64,000 nt of DNA, taken from positions 42,337 through 106,336 of the forward strand of contig NZ_BIFH01000051.1 of the NCBI RefSeq assembly GCF_003967355.1. The letters run 5' to 3'. The position numbers and the translations under genes were made by a program. This document shows, in pieces, positions 11,310 through 20,531 of the stretch; position 1 is the first letter of the stretch; each line of letters begins with the position of its first letter. This DNA is from Embleya hyalina (lineage in GTDB: Bacteria > Actinomycetota > Actinomycetes > Streptomycetales > Streptomycetaceae). The notes beneath the pieces are model-generated. The model ran no database searches, had not been told where the DNA came from, and saw nothing but the letters and a program-made list of their open reading frames with translations.

Positions 11310-12520
11310 GTCTGCGCTGGCGAATCTCGGCGGTGGTCACGGTGGTCAGCGTGGCGGTCGCCGTCGCGCTGAGCCTGACCGTGCACTTCGCCTTCGCCTA
11401 CAAGCAGGCGGACGAGGCGCGCAAACTCCAGATCGACCGGATCGACCTGGCCCTGCGCGAGTACCTCCGGACCGGACAGCCGACGTTCGGCAGCCGGCTG
11501 GACGACCCCCGGGTACCGGCGGCGCTGCGCCGGGCGGTGCGCGACGGCGACCGGGCCACCGAGTTGTCCGAGGGCCGGATCTGGGCGGCGGTCGGGGTGG
11601 ACGGGCACATCCTGTCGCTGCGCTCCAGCTATCGGGACCGGACCAGCGACCTGGCCTCGCTCGACCGGGTGCTGCTCATCGGCGCGGCCGGCGTGGTGGT
11701 GTGCGGGTCCGGGGTGGGCGTGCTGATCGGGGCGCGGCTGTCGCGTCGGCTGCGGCGGGCCGCCGACGCGGCTCGGCGGGTCACCGCGGGCGAGCGGTCG
11801 ATCCGGGTGCGGGCGGCGATCGGCGGCAGCGGTCGGGACGAGGCGGCGGAGTTGGCCACGGCGGTGGACGCGATGGCCGACGCGTTGCAGGCGCGGCTCG
11901 ACGCGGAGCGCCGGGTCACCGCCGACATCGCGCACGAGTTGCGCACACCGCTGACCGGACTGAGCGCCGCCGCCGACCTGTTGCCCGCGGATCGGCCGGG
12001 CGAGTTGGTCCGCGATCGGGTCCGGGCGCTGCGTTCGCTGGTGGAGGACGTGCTGGAGGTGGCCCGCCTGGACACCGCGACCCAGCGGGCCGACCTGACC
12101 GAGGTACCGCTGGGCGCGTTCGCCGCCCGGCGGGTGGCCGCGCTCGCGCCCGACGCCGAGTTGCGGGTGATCGGGGCCGAGGTGGTGGTCACCGACCCGA
12201 GGCGGTTGGAGCGGATCCTGGCCAACCTGCTGACCAACGCGACCAAGCACGGGCTCGCGCCGGTGGTGGTGGAGGTGGACGGACCGCGGATCCGGGTCGT
12301 GGACGCGGGGCCGGGTTTTCCGGCGACGCTGCTGCGGGAGGGGCCCAGCCGCTTCCGGAAGGGCACCGACGACCGGGCGGCCGGCGGGCACGGTCTGGGC
12401 CTGACCATCGCGATGGGTCAGGCGGCGGTGCTGGGTGCGTCCCTGACGCTGAGCAATCCGGAGGCGGGCGGCGCGCTGGCCGAACTCACGCTGCCTTCGG
12501 GGGCGTCGGCGGTCGAGTGA
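11306..12520 (+). CDS. Sensor histidine kinase, 404 aa
   Basis: N-terminal TM segment. H-box ADIAHELRTPLT. N/G boxes (NLLTNATKHG, GHGLGLTIA). GTGA overlap with the response-regulator stop. Confidence 0.85.
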   Translation: MSLRWRISAVVTVVSVAVAVALSLTVHFAFAYKQADEARKLQIDRIDLALREYLRTGQPTFGSRLDDPRVPAALRRAVRDGDRATELSEGRIWAAVGVDGHILSLRSSYRDRTSDLASLDRVLLIGAAGVVVCGSGVGVLIGARLSRRLRRAADAARRVTAGERSIRVRAAIGGSGRDEAAELATAVDAMADALQARLDAERRVTADIAHELRTPLTGLSAAADLLPADRPGELVRDRVRALRSLVEDVLEVARLDTATQRADLTEVPLGAFAARRVAALAPDAELRVIGAEVVVTDPRRLERILANLLTNATKHGLAPVVVEVDGPRIRVVDAGPGFPATLLREGPSRFRKGTDDRAAGGHGLGLTIAMGQAAVLGASLTLSNPEAGGALAELTLPSGASAVE

Positions 12521-12572
12521 GTGTCGGGCGCGGATCCCGGTCCGGCCCGGTCGATGAAGAAAGGGGTGCCTC

Positions 12573-13160
12573 GTGGGTGGTGCGGTCGGGTTGGTGCTGG
12601 CGGCCGGAGGTGGGCGGCGGCTCGGGGGGCGGGCCAAGGCCCGGTTGGTGCATCGCGGGCGGCCGCTGGTGGAGTTCGCGGTCGCCGAGTCGCGCCGCGG
12701 CGGGTGCGACCGGGTCGTGGTGGTACTCGGCGCGGAGGCCGACGCGGTGCTCGCCGAGGCCGAGTTGACCGGCTGCGTCGTGGTGCGCAACGACGACTGG
12801 GCGAGCGGCATGGGCTCATCGCTCGCCGCCGGGGTCGCCGCGCTGCCCGCCGACGCCGACGCCGTCGTGGTCACCCTCGTGGACATGCCCGGCGTGGGCG
12901 CGGCGGCCGTGGCCCGGTTGATCGCCGCGCACGCCGCGCCGGAGGACCTGATCGCGGCGGCCTACGCGGGTCGGCGCGGCCATCCCGTCCTGTTCGGGCG
13001 CGCCTGGTGGGCCGAGTTGGCGGCCGGGGCCGAGGGGGACGCCGGCGCCCGGGCGTTGCTCGCCGAGCGGCGGGACCGGGTTCGGCTGATCGAGTGCGCC
13101 GACGTCGCCGACCCGTTCGACATCGACACGCCCGCCGACCTGGACCGGCTGGACCCCTGA
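12573..13160 (+). CDS. MobA/MocA-like nucleotidyltransferase (molybdenum-cofactor guanylyl/cytidylyl-transferase family), 195 aa
   Basis: GLVLAAGGGRRLGG…K motif. RBS AAAGGGG lies 6 nt upstream of the GTG. Confidence 0.65.
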   Translation: MGGAVGLVLAAGGGRRLGGRAKARLVHRGRPLVEFAVAESRRGGCDRVVVVLGAEADAVLAEAELTGCVVVRNDDWASGMGSSLAAGVAALPADADAVVVTLVDMPGVGAAAVARLIAAHAAPEDLIAAAYAGRRGHPVLFGRAWWAELAAGAEGDAGARALLAERRDRVRLIECADVADPFDIDTPADLDRLDP

Positions 13161-13168
13161 TCGACGAA

Positions 13169-13196
13169 GGACCCGAGCCGCCGGGGGCTCGGGTCC
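13169..13196. terminator. Bidirectional hairpin between convergent mobA-like and sepF-like genes
   Basis: ggacccgagcc / ggctcgggtcc 11-bp stem. Confidence 0.5.
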
Positions 13197-13251
13197 TCGC
13201 CGCCGGCGGGAGTCCGTACCGACCCCCCGGGATCGCGCCCGACGACGCCGG

Positions 13252-13782
13252 CTACGCCTGGTTGAAGAAGCCGTCCTGGTTCTGCTGCGTCGGGTCGCCC
13301 GTGAGCAGCCGCGCGTCGGCCGGCATCAGCAGGAAGACCCGCTTCGCCAGCCGCTCGATCGCACCGCGGCGGCCGAAGGTCAACCCCGACGCGAAGTCGA
13401 CGACACGCTTGGCGTCCGATTCGTCCATCGCGGTCAGATCGATCACGACCGGGATGTCCTGCCGGAAGTACTCGCCTATCGCCCTTGCCTCGTGGTAGCT
13501 CTTCGGGTGCACGACGGCGATCCGGGTGCCCGGCTGCGTCGGCGTCTCCGAAGCGGCCGCGCGCGCGGCGAACACCTCGGAGGCCGGCACCACGCTGCCC
13601 TCGAGGGCGCGCGAACGCGACTCCTCGGGTTCGTCGTCGTAGACCCAGCGCGACCCCGTATCGTCGTCGTCCGCGTCGTATGTCCCGGTCTCGTAGGCAC
13701 CCGCGCCGGTGCGGTAAAGGTCGTCGTCCACGTCCCCCGAACCGATCCCGAGCCACGAGCCGGCCTTGCGCAATGCGCCCAT
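13252..13782 (-). CDS. sepF: SepF-family cell-division protein paralogue, about 176 aa
   Basis: N-terminus MGALRKAGSWLGIG… and C-terminal domain IAVVHPKSYHEARAIGEYFRQDIPVVIDLTAMDESDAKRVVDFASGLTFGRRGAIERLAKRVFLL match SepF. RBS GGAGGTG precedes the ATG. The gene is not in a dcw cluster. Confidence 0.75.
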   Translation of the reverse strand: MGALRKAGSWLGIGSGDVDDDLYRTGAGAYETGTYDADDDDTGSRWVYDDEPEESRSRALEGSVVPASEVFAARAAASETPTQPGTRIAVVHPKSYHEARAIGEYFRQDIPVVIDLTAMDESDAKRVVDFASGLTFGRRGAIERLAKRVFLLMPADARLLTGDPTQQNQDGFFNQA

Positions 13783-14150
13783 GGGCACCTCCGCGTCCGG
13801 TCGTCCCGGCCCCGTCCGGGTTATCTCGTCATCCTCCACTCGACCGAACTGTATGCGAGTGCCGGGTCCGGCGCGTCGAACGACGCGCCTATAAACGGAC
13901 AGATCATCCAACCGGCCTCGAACGGGCGTACTCGGTGCGGCTTCTGACGCCATTTGAGATCTTTATCCGTGCATTCCGAAGCGAATCGCATCGAAAGTGC
14001 GCCCGATTCGCTCGAACACGATATCTCGAACTGGTGTACGAATAACGGAATATGCCCGCCGAATGAACCCGAACGGTCCACTGGTACATACCTCTACCGG
14101 TGGACCGGGGGCAGGTCGCAGACTCGGATGCGACATCTTCGGAGGTGAGC

Positions 14151-14897
14151 ATGGATTCGCCTTTCCGCATCGTGCGGCCCCCTCGTCCGCTCGAAGAGCC
14201 GTATCCCTCCCGTGCCCGGATCAACGAACAGGTCGGCGCCGTCTGGGAATGGGGGATGCGCGAGGATCCCGCCGCGGCCGTCCGGCTCTACCACCAACTC
14301 GGCGAGGTCGCCGCCCGGGTGCTCGGCGGCACCGATCGGGACACGCTCAACGTGCGCCGCGCGTACGCGCACTTCGTCGGCATCGACGGCGATCCGCAAC
14401 GGGCCGCCCGGTTGTTGGCCGGGCTGGTCCCGGTGGCCGGCCAGGCGCTGGGCCCCGGCGACTGGGTCACCCTCGACATGCGGCTGTGCCACGCCAGGTT
14501 CCTCGGCGAGGGCGGCGAGCCGCGGGGCGCGACGACGTTGTTCGCCCGGCTGGTCGCGGACATGACCCGCGCGCTGGGCGCCGAGGCGGAGAGCACGCTG
14601 ACCGCACGCAGCTACCTGGCCCGCTTCACCGGGGAGTGCGGCGATCCGCTGCGCGCCGCGGAGATGTACGGCGCGCTCGTGATCGACTCGATCCGGATCC
14701 TGGGCGCCGACTGCCTGGGGTCGTTGGTCGCCCGGGCGGGTCACGCCGTCAACCGCGGCCTGGCCGGGCACCGCGGCGAGGCCCTGGCCCTGTACGACCC
14801 GCTGGTCGCCGACTTCGCCCGGGTGTTGGGCCCGGATCACCCGGAAACCCGGCAGACCCAGACCTGGCAGCGATATTTCCGAGGGGGAAACGGCTGA
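14151..14897 (+). CDS. Tetratricopeptide-repeat protein, hypothetical, 248 aa
   Basis: RBS GGAGGTG precedes the ATG. The body is built of TPR-like helical pairs. Confidence 0.6.
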   Translation: MDSPFRIVRPPRPLEEPYPSRARINEQVGAVWEWGMREDPAAAVRLYHQLGEVAARVLGGTDRDTLNVRRAYAHFVGIDGDPQRAARLLAGLVPVAGQALGPGDWVTLDMRLCHARFLGEGGEPRGATTLFARLVADMTRALGAEAESTLTARSYLARFTGECGDPLRAAEMYGALVIDSIRILGADCLGSLVARAGHAVNRGLAGHRGEALALYDPLVADFARVLGPDHPETRQTQTWQRYFRGGNG

Positions 14898-14954
14898 ATC
14901 CGGTGGGGAGTCGGCGGCTAAAGTGGCACGCCGACACGACCGGAACGGGGAACG

Positions 14955-17519
14955 GTGGTCATGGAAGCACTGCGCGACGGGGATCCGACGCGGCTGGGGC
15001 CGTATCGGCTGCGCGGCCGGCTGGGCGAGGGCGGGATGGGCGAGGTCTTCCTCGGCACGTCCCCGAGCGGCGTCCGGGTGGCGGTCAAGACCGTGCGTCC
15101 GGAGTTCGCGACGGACCACGGTTTCCGGGACCGGTTCCGGCGCGAGATAGACCTGGCGCGGCGGGTGGACAGCGCCTGGACCGCGCCGATCGCCGAGGCC
15201 GATCCGGACGCGCGACCGCCGTGGTTGGCCACCGAATACCTGACCGGGCTCTCGTTGTCCGAGGCGATCACGACGTACGGCGCGCTGCCCGAGGGCGCGC
15301 TGCGCATCATGGGCGCGCAGTTGGCCGAGGCACTGATGGCGATCCATCGCGCGGGCCTGATCCATCGCGACCTCAAGCCGTCGAACGTGATCCTCGGTCG
15401 GGATCGGCTGCGGGTGATCGACTTCGGCATATCCCGGGCGGCGGACGAGGGCGGCCAGGGGCTGACCGGGACCGGTCGGGTGGTCGGGTCGCCGTCGTTC
15501 ATGTCGCCGGAACAGGCGGGCGGGCGGCGGATCGGACCGGAGAGCGACGTGTTCTCGCTGGGCTCGGTGCTGGTCTTCGCGGCCACCGGGCGGGGGCCGT
15601 TTCACGTGGAACCGCCGGTGGCGCAGTTGCAGATGATGATGCGGGTGTTGCGCGACGCACCCGCGTTGGAGGAAGTACCGGAGGGACTGCGGGACTTGGT
15701 CCGGCACTGCCTGGACAAGGAGCCCGAGGCGCGACCCACGCCGGCCGAGATCCTGGCCCGCTGCATGGGCGACTCCGAACCACCGGTGGGCACTTCGTGG
15801 TTGCCGTCGGCGCTCGCGGCCGAGTTGGAGCGGCGGCACCTGGGCGACGCGTTGTCGCCGGGTCCGGTGGGCGCCGCGACGGACGAACCTCTCGGCCGCG
15901 CGGTGGGGATCGGCGCGGACGCGGGTACGCCGACGACGGTCGCCGTGGCGGTGTCCGAGTCGCCGGGCGAACGGGTCGCCGCGCCGCCGCCGGCTCTGTC
16001 GCCGACCGTCGCCGTGGCCGAACCGCCGCCCGTCGGGCGGGGGTTGGCCCGTCGCGCGTTCCTGATCGGCGGCGGCGCGGTCGCCGTGGCCGCGGTGGGT
16101 GGCGGCGCGGGCTGGTTGTTGATGGGCGACGACGCGGATCCGGGCAGGCGGGTGTGGTCGTATCCGGCGGGCGCCGGCGGTGGTTCGTCGCTGAGCGCGC
16201 AGGGCGATCTGGTGTTCCACGTCGCCGACGGCGCGGGCGGCGGCAAGGGCCAGGTCACCGCGATCGACGCGGAATCCGGCCGGAAGGTGTGGCGCAAGGC
16301 CACCGCGGGCAACTCGGTGTCCGCGCCGCTGGCGACCAAGGACCACCTGTTCGTCGCCTCCTGGACGGTGGACCCCTCGGCCTCGGTCCCGGAGCGGTCC
16401 CAGCCGACCCTGTGCACGGTGCACGCCTTCGACCCGGTCGAGGGCGAACTGCGGTGGAGCCTGGAGTACAAGGCCCGCTGGGTGAACCTGCCGGCCGGCC
16501 TGGATCAGGGCCTGCTGTACCTGGGCGTCGCCGAGGAGAACTCCTACAGCACCGGACCCGGGGCGATCGTCGCGATCGACGCGGCCACGCACCGTGAGGT
16601 GTGGAGGGCGGGGCTGACGGCGGATGCCGGCATGCCGGGGACGCCGACGTTCGGGAACGACCTGGTGGTCGCCGTCGCCCAGCCCAAGGCGTCCTACAAC
16701 CCGTCCGCGGTCCACGCCTTCGACCGGTCCGGCAAGCCGAGGTGGCAGGTCCCGTTCAAGAGCCGGCCGTGGGGTCGCGATCCGGTGATCGTCGGGGACC
16801 GGGTGCTCACGGTGGTGACCGACAGTTCCAGCGGCGGCGTGTTCACCTGGCAGCGATACGCGCTCGACGCGACCACCGGGGCGGTGTTGTGGGGGCCCAT
16901 CCCGGTCGACGGCGGCCAGGCCCGTTCGCTCACCGTGGCCGGCGACCACGTCTTCATGGTCTACGACGGGGCCACCGACGAGGCCAGGTCGGGTGTCGTG
17001 GCGGTGGACCCGCTCACGGGCTCGCAGTCGTGGAAGTTCGAGATGGAGGCCCGCAACGCGAGCGAGATCACCCGGGTGGGCGACGTGGTCTACGTCGCGT
17101 GTCACCCCTCCAAACCGCAGGCGGGCGTGACACCGAGCGCGACCACGACCACCACCCCGCCGCCCACCAACCCGCCGGCCACGTCGGTGTCCACGGGCAA
17201 GGTCTACGCGCTGGAGGCGAGTACGGGCGTGGTGCGGTGGTCGGCCGAGATGCCCTCGTACGGCGCGCTGACGGCCCCCGTCGTCGCGGGCGACAAGGTC
17301 TACGTCTCGATGGACGCCGCCAGGTCGGACGCCTCGCGCGACGACGCGGCCCAACTGCTGGCCCTGCACACCAAGACGGGCAAGGTCGCCTGGAAAGCCC
17401 CCCTCCCGTCCCCGGTATCGTCCCGCCCCTTGGCGGCACGGGGCAACGTATACATCGCCCAGTGGCTCCGCCCCGACGAGGGCAACTCGAACGCCTCGGT
17501 CATCGCATACGAGCAGTAG
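14955..17519 (+). CDS. Ser/Thr protein kinase with C-terminal PQQ-type beta-propeller repeats, 854 aa
   Basis: Kinase subdomains GEGGMGEVF, VAVK, HRDLKPSNVIL, DFGIS, SPE. A Pro-rich linker and TM segment follow. Repeated 'W..…G…V…DG.VY' propeller blades complete the protein. Confidence 0.9.
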   Translation: MVMEALRDGDPTRLGPYRLRGRLGEGGMGEVFLGTSPSGVRVAVKTVRPEFATDHGFRDRFRREIDLARRVDSAWTAPIAEADPDARPPWLATEYLTGLSLSEAITTYGALPEGALRIMGAQLAEALMAIHRAGLIHRDLKPSNVILGRDRLRVIDFGISRAADEGGQGLTGTGRVVGSPSFMSPEQAGGRRIGPESDVFSLGSVLVFAATGRGPFHVEPPVAQLQMMMRVLRDAPALEEVPEGLRDLVRHCLDKEPEARPTPAEILARCMGDSEPPVGTSWLPSALAAELERRHLGDALSPGPVGAATDEPLGRAVGIGADAGTPTTVAVAVSESPGERVAAPPPALSPTVAVAEPPPVGRGLARRAFLIGGGAVAVAAVGGGAGWLLMGDDADPGRRVWSYPAGAGGGSSLSAQGDLVFHVADGAGGGKGQVTAIDAESGRKVWRKATAGNSVSAPLATKDHLFVASWTVDPSASVPERSQPTLCTVHAFDPVEGELRWSLEYKARWVNLPAGLDQGLLYLGVAEENSYSTGPGAIVAIDAATHREVWRAGLTADAGMPGTPTFGNDLVVAVAQPKASYNPSAVHAFDRSGKPRWQVPFKSRPWGRDPVIVGDRVLTVVTDSSSGGVFTWQRYALDATTGAVLWGPIPVDGGQARSLTVAGDHVFMVYDGATDEARSGVVAVDPLTGSQSWKFEMEARNASEITRVGDVVYVACHPSKPQAGVTPSATTTTTPPPTNPPATSVSTGKVYALEASTGVVRWSAEMPSYGALTAPVVAGDKVYVSMDAARSDASRDDAAQLLALHTKTGKVAWKAPLPSPVSSRPLAARGNVYIAQWLRPDEGNSNASVIAYEQ

Positions 17520-17882
17520 CCCCCCCGCGGGCACGGTCCGCGGCGCGGCGAGGACCGGGGCGACACAGGGGCGGAACCTGCGGACGCGGGCCGCAGGCGG
17601 GCTTGGGCAACGCGGGGACGAGTCGCGCGGGCGCACGGCCGGCCCGCCCACCACAGTCGCCGCACGCGCGAAGCCCCCGTCGCCGGCGGGCGCGTGCGCG
17701 CGGACACATGAATGGGCGCGCAGCGGGAACGGGAAGGCCGGTTGCGGTATCCGGTTGCCCGTTCGGCCTCCGACGCGCGCCTCCGTCCCCGGCTTCCGGT
17801 GGCGGGTGGCGGGCGTCGGCTGCTCCGTATCGGGTGCCCCGTGTTCCGCGACGCACACCCCTACTCCCCGAGACGAGGAAGC

Positions 17883-18323
17883 ATGGCCGAGTTGGGACCC
17901 GTCGACGCGATCGTGTTGGGTTTTCCGGGTCAGCGGCTGACCTCGGCCGTACTCGACGCGTTCGAGTCGGTCGAGGAGCGCGGCGATGTCCGGCTGATCG
18001 ACGCCCTGATCGTGGTCAAGGACGTCGCCGGGGTGGTGAGCAGCCACGAGGTCGGCGAGTTCGAGGGACTGCGCGACATGGCGGCGGAGTTGGCCGCGCG
18101 CGAGCTGCTGGGCCTGGCCGGCGCCGAGGACGCCGAGCAGATCGGGCAGGTGATGCCGCCGGATTCGCTGGTCGTGGTGCTGTTCGTGGAGAACATCTGG
18201 GCCCGCGAGGTGGCGACCCGGATCCGCGATTCGGGCGGTCGGCTGCTCTCGTACACCCGCCTGCCGCAGTCCGTCCTGGACGACGCGGAGGAGGCTTTGG
18301 CGAACAGCACCGACGGCGGCTGA
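17883..18323 (+). CDS. Hypothetical protein (conserved actinobacterial DUF), 146 aa
   Basis: ATG with a GAGGAAG RBS. GC3 bias. Confidence 0.55.
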   Translation: MAELGPVDAIVLGFPGQRLTSAVLDAFESVEERGDVRLIDALIVVKDVAGVVSSHEVGEFEGLRDMAAELAARELLGLAGAEDAEQIGQVMPPDSLVVVLFVENIWAREVATRIRDSGGRLLSYTRLPQSVLDDAEEALANSTDGG

Positions 18324-18450
18324 GCCCGGCGGACCGACGGCAACGAATCAATCTCCGGAGGGTAAAGCAGGGCAAAGTCCTGCAACCCGACCCACCGGTT
18401 GGACGTCTCAGTCGACGCAAGGGCACATCCCCGAGCACGTGGAGGTCGAC

Positions 18451-18918
18451 ATGACCACCGGCATTCGCCGTACCGCCGCCGTCGCGGTGACCGCGGGACT
18501 CCTGCTCACCGGCGGCCTCGCGGCCCCGGCTCTCGCCGCGGCGGCCTCGCCGGCCGGCAGCCATCAGGCGGCCCACCGGATCGGCGTCGTGGAGAAGGTG
18601 ACCGCCTTCTACGACCAGTACCTGGACGCGATCAACGGCACCAATCCCAACATGGACCCGACCGAGGTCCGCAACGAATTCCTCACCCCCGAACTCGACG
18701 CCCGCCTGGACGCGTGGGCCGAGGAGAACCTGGCCGACCCGGTCTTCCGCGCCCAGAACACCCCCGACAGCCGCGACGTCCGCTACGAGGGCAGCGGCGC
18801 CGGACACGCGACGGTCATCGTCACCGAGCACTTCGGCGACGGCTCGACCATCGACGTCTGGTATGAGGTCCCGCTCGACGGTGGCCGCATCTCGGACCTG
18901 AAGGATGCACCGCGGTAG
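18451..18918 (+). CDS. Secreted hypothetical protein (signal peptide), about 155 aa
   Basis: RBS GGAGGT. The N-terminus has a positively charged segment, a hydrophobic segment and AxA sites. Confidence 0.6.
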   Translation: MTTGIRRTAAVAVTAGLLLTGGLAAPALAAAASPAGSHQAAHRIGVVEKVTAFYDQYLDAINGTNPNMDPTEVRNEFLTPELDARLDAWAEENLADPVFRAQNTPDSRDVRYEGSGAGHATVIVTEHFGDGSTIDVWYEVPLDGGRISDLKDAPR

Positions 18919-18940
18919 GCGAGAGCCGGTTCGCGACACG

Positions 18941-18981
18941 AGGGGAGGGCCGAGGCGGGGTCTCGGCCCTCCCCTCTTCGC
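18941..18981. terminator. Bidirectional hairpin terminator (gaggggagggccgag…ctcggccctcccctc)
   Basis: Perfect 15-bp stem between convergent genes. Confidence 0.7.
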
Positions 18982-18999
18982 CGCCCGATCCCGGGAGGG

Positions 19000-19326
19000 T
19001 CAGGCGGACTCGGTGGGCAGACCCGCGCCGACCCAGTCCTCGATGCCCTCGGCGTACTTGCGAACGTTCGTGTACCCGAGGTGGGTCAGCCGATCGGCCA
19101 CCTGGCCACTGTTCGGGCAGGCCGGGTTCGAGCAGTAGGTGACGATCGCGGCGGCCCGATCCGGCAGCAGCGTCGGCGCGAGGGTGTCCACGTCGTCCCG
19201 AACCAGGGCGACGGCCCCCGGCAGATGTTGCTTGGCCCAGTACTCCCCACCGAGCGCGTCGACGACGATCACGGTGCCGCCGGCGATCCCGGCGCGCAGT
19301 TCGTCCCGGGTGATGAGTGCGGTCAT
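19000..19326 (-). CDS. Rhodanese-domain sulfurtransferase, 108 aa
   Basis: Single rhodanese domain with the active-site Cys loop (…VTYCSNPACPNSGQ…). Confidence 0.8.
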   Translation of the reverse strand: MTALITRDELRAGIAGGTVIVVDALGGEYWAKQHLPGAVALVRDDVDTLAPTLLPDRAAAIVTYCSNPACPNSGQVADRLTHLGYTNVRKYAEGIEDWVGAGLPTESA

Positions 19327-19352
19327 GGCGATGCCTCCATCTCACAGAGAAT

Positions 19353-19400
19353 CGGACTAGAGTCCGCTTATGCCCGACGACATTAACGGACCGCAGTCCG
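19353..19400. promoter_or_regulatory. Two copies of a CGGACnnnnGTCCGCTT palindromic operator (19353-19366 and 19387-19400) in the rhodanese/tetR divergent region
   Basis: cggactagagtccg is a perfect 14-bp palindrome. cggaccgcagtccg is a near-copy just inside the tetR 5' end. Confidence 0.6.
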
Positions 19401-20008
19401 CTTCTGCAATCCCGGTGGACCTCGACCTGCTCCGCACCCCACCCCCCAGGGAACGCGCCGACGCGGCCCGCAACCGCGCCGCGATCCTGGAAGCCGCCGC
19501 GGCGCTGTTCGCCGAACACGGCGTCGAATCGGTATCCATGGACCAGATCGCCACGGCGGCCGGCGTCGGCAAGGGCACGTTGTTCCGCCGCTTCGGCGAC
19601 AAATCCGGCCTGGCCACGGCCCTCTTGGACACGCGCGAACGCGCGCTCCAGGAAGCCATCCTCGGCGGCCCGCCCCCACTCGGCCCGGGAGCCCCGGCGG
19701 AGGACCGCCTGGCAGCGTTCCTCGACGCCTACGTCGACTACCTCCTGGAGCACCTCGACCTGATCCGCATGTCGGAGACCTCGACCCCGGGCGCCCGCTA
19801 CCGAATCGGCGCCTACCGGTTCTGGCACCGCCACGTGGCGATCCTGCTCCCCGCGAAAACCCCCGACCCGACCTACACGGCCCACGCCCTGTTGGCCCCG
19901 CTGTCCGCCGAACACGTCACGGCCCTGCTCCCGGAACTGGGCCCGACCCGCATCCGAGAGGGCGTCCTCCACCTGGCCGAGTCGACGATCGGAACCCCGC
20001 CCCGCTGA
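19370..20008 (+). CDS. TetR-family transcriptional regulator, 212 aa
   Basis: Its HTH RNRAAILEAAAALFAEHGVESVSMDQIATAAGVGKGTLFRRF matches the TetR family. Confidence 0.9.
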   Translation: MPDDINGPQSASAIPVDLDLLRTPPPRERADAARNRAAILEAAAALFAEHGVESVSMDQIATAAGVGKGTLFRRFGDKSGLATALLDTRERALQEAILGGPPPLGPGAPAEDRLAAFLDAYVDYLLEHLDLIRMSETSTPGARYRIGAYRFWHRHVAILLPAKTPDPTYTAHALLAPLSAEHVTALLPELGPTRIREGVLHLAESTIGTPPR

Positions 20009-20488
20009 GTGTCCGAGGACCCACCCCCGGGCAGGAATCGCCTCATGGTGGAACTACCCGCGGACACCCGCCGGATGATCGAAACGCCACACATCTGGTA
20101 CGTGGCGACGATCAACAAGGACGGATCCCCCCACGTCGGCCCCATGTGGCTGGGCCTCGACGGCGACCTGCCCCTGATCAACACCGCGATCGGCCGAATC
20201 AAGGAACAAAACCTGCGCCGCGACCCGCGCATATGCCTGTCCCTGGCAGACCCGGCGAACCCCTACGACCGGGTACAGATCCGCGGCCACGCCGCACACT
20301 TCGTCCAGGGCCCCGAGGCAGACCGGAACATGGACAGGCTGGCCCACGCCTACCTGGGCACCGACACCTTCGAATGGCGAGTCCCGGGCGAACAACGCGT
20401 CGTCATCCTGATCGAACCCACCAAAGTGCGCCGCGTAGTCGGAGTCGAACCCTTCCCCAAAGGCGCCCCGGGCTCGACCACCCCATAG
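20009..20488 (+). CDS. PPOX-class (pyridoxamine 5'-phosphate oxidase-like) F420-dependent enzyme family protein, about 150-159 aa
   Basis: The fold-family signature is …HIWYVATINKDGSPHVGPMW… The start is either the GTG at 20009 or the ATG at 20045. Confidence 0.65.
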   Translation: MSEDPPPGRNRLMVELPADTRRMIETPHIWYVATINKDGSPHVGPMWLGLDGDLPLINTAIGRIKEQNLRRDPRICLSLADPANPYDRVQIRGHAAHFVQGPEADRNMDRLAHAYLGTDTFEWRVPGEQRVVILIEPTKVRRVVGVEPFPKGAPGSTTP

Positions 20489-20531
20489 GCCCGCAACCGA
20501 TTCCCGCACGGCAACCGACGGGCGCCGGACC

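Noticed and set aside
14094-18047. 1317-aa ORF on the minus strand spanning the TPR and Ser/Thr-kinase genes
   Set aside because: It is antisense to two well-supported genes. The composition is Arg/Gly/Ala/Pro-rich with no motifs. It is a typical stop-codon-poor artefact of a 72% GC sequence.
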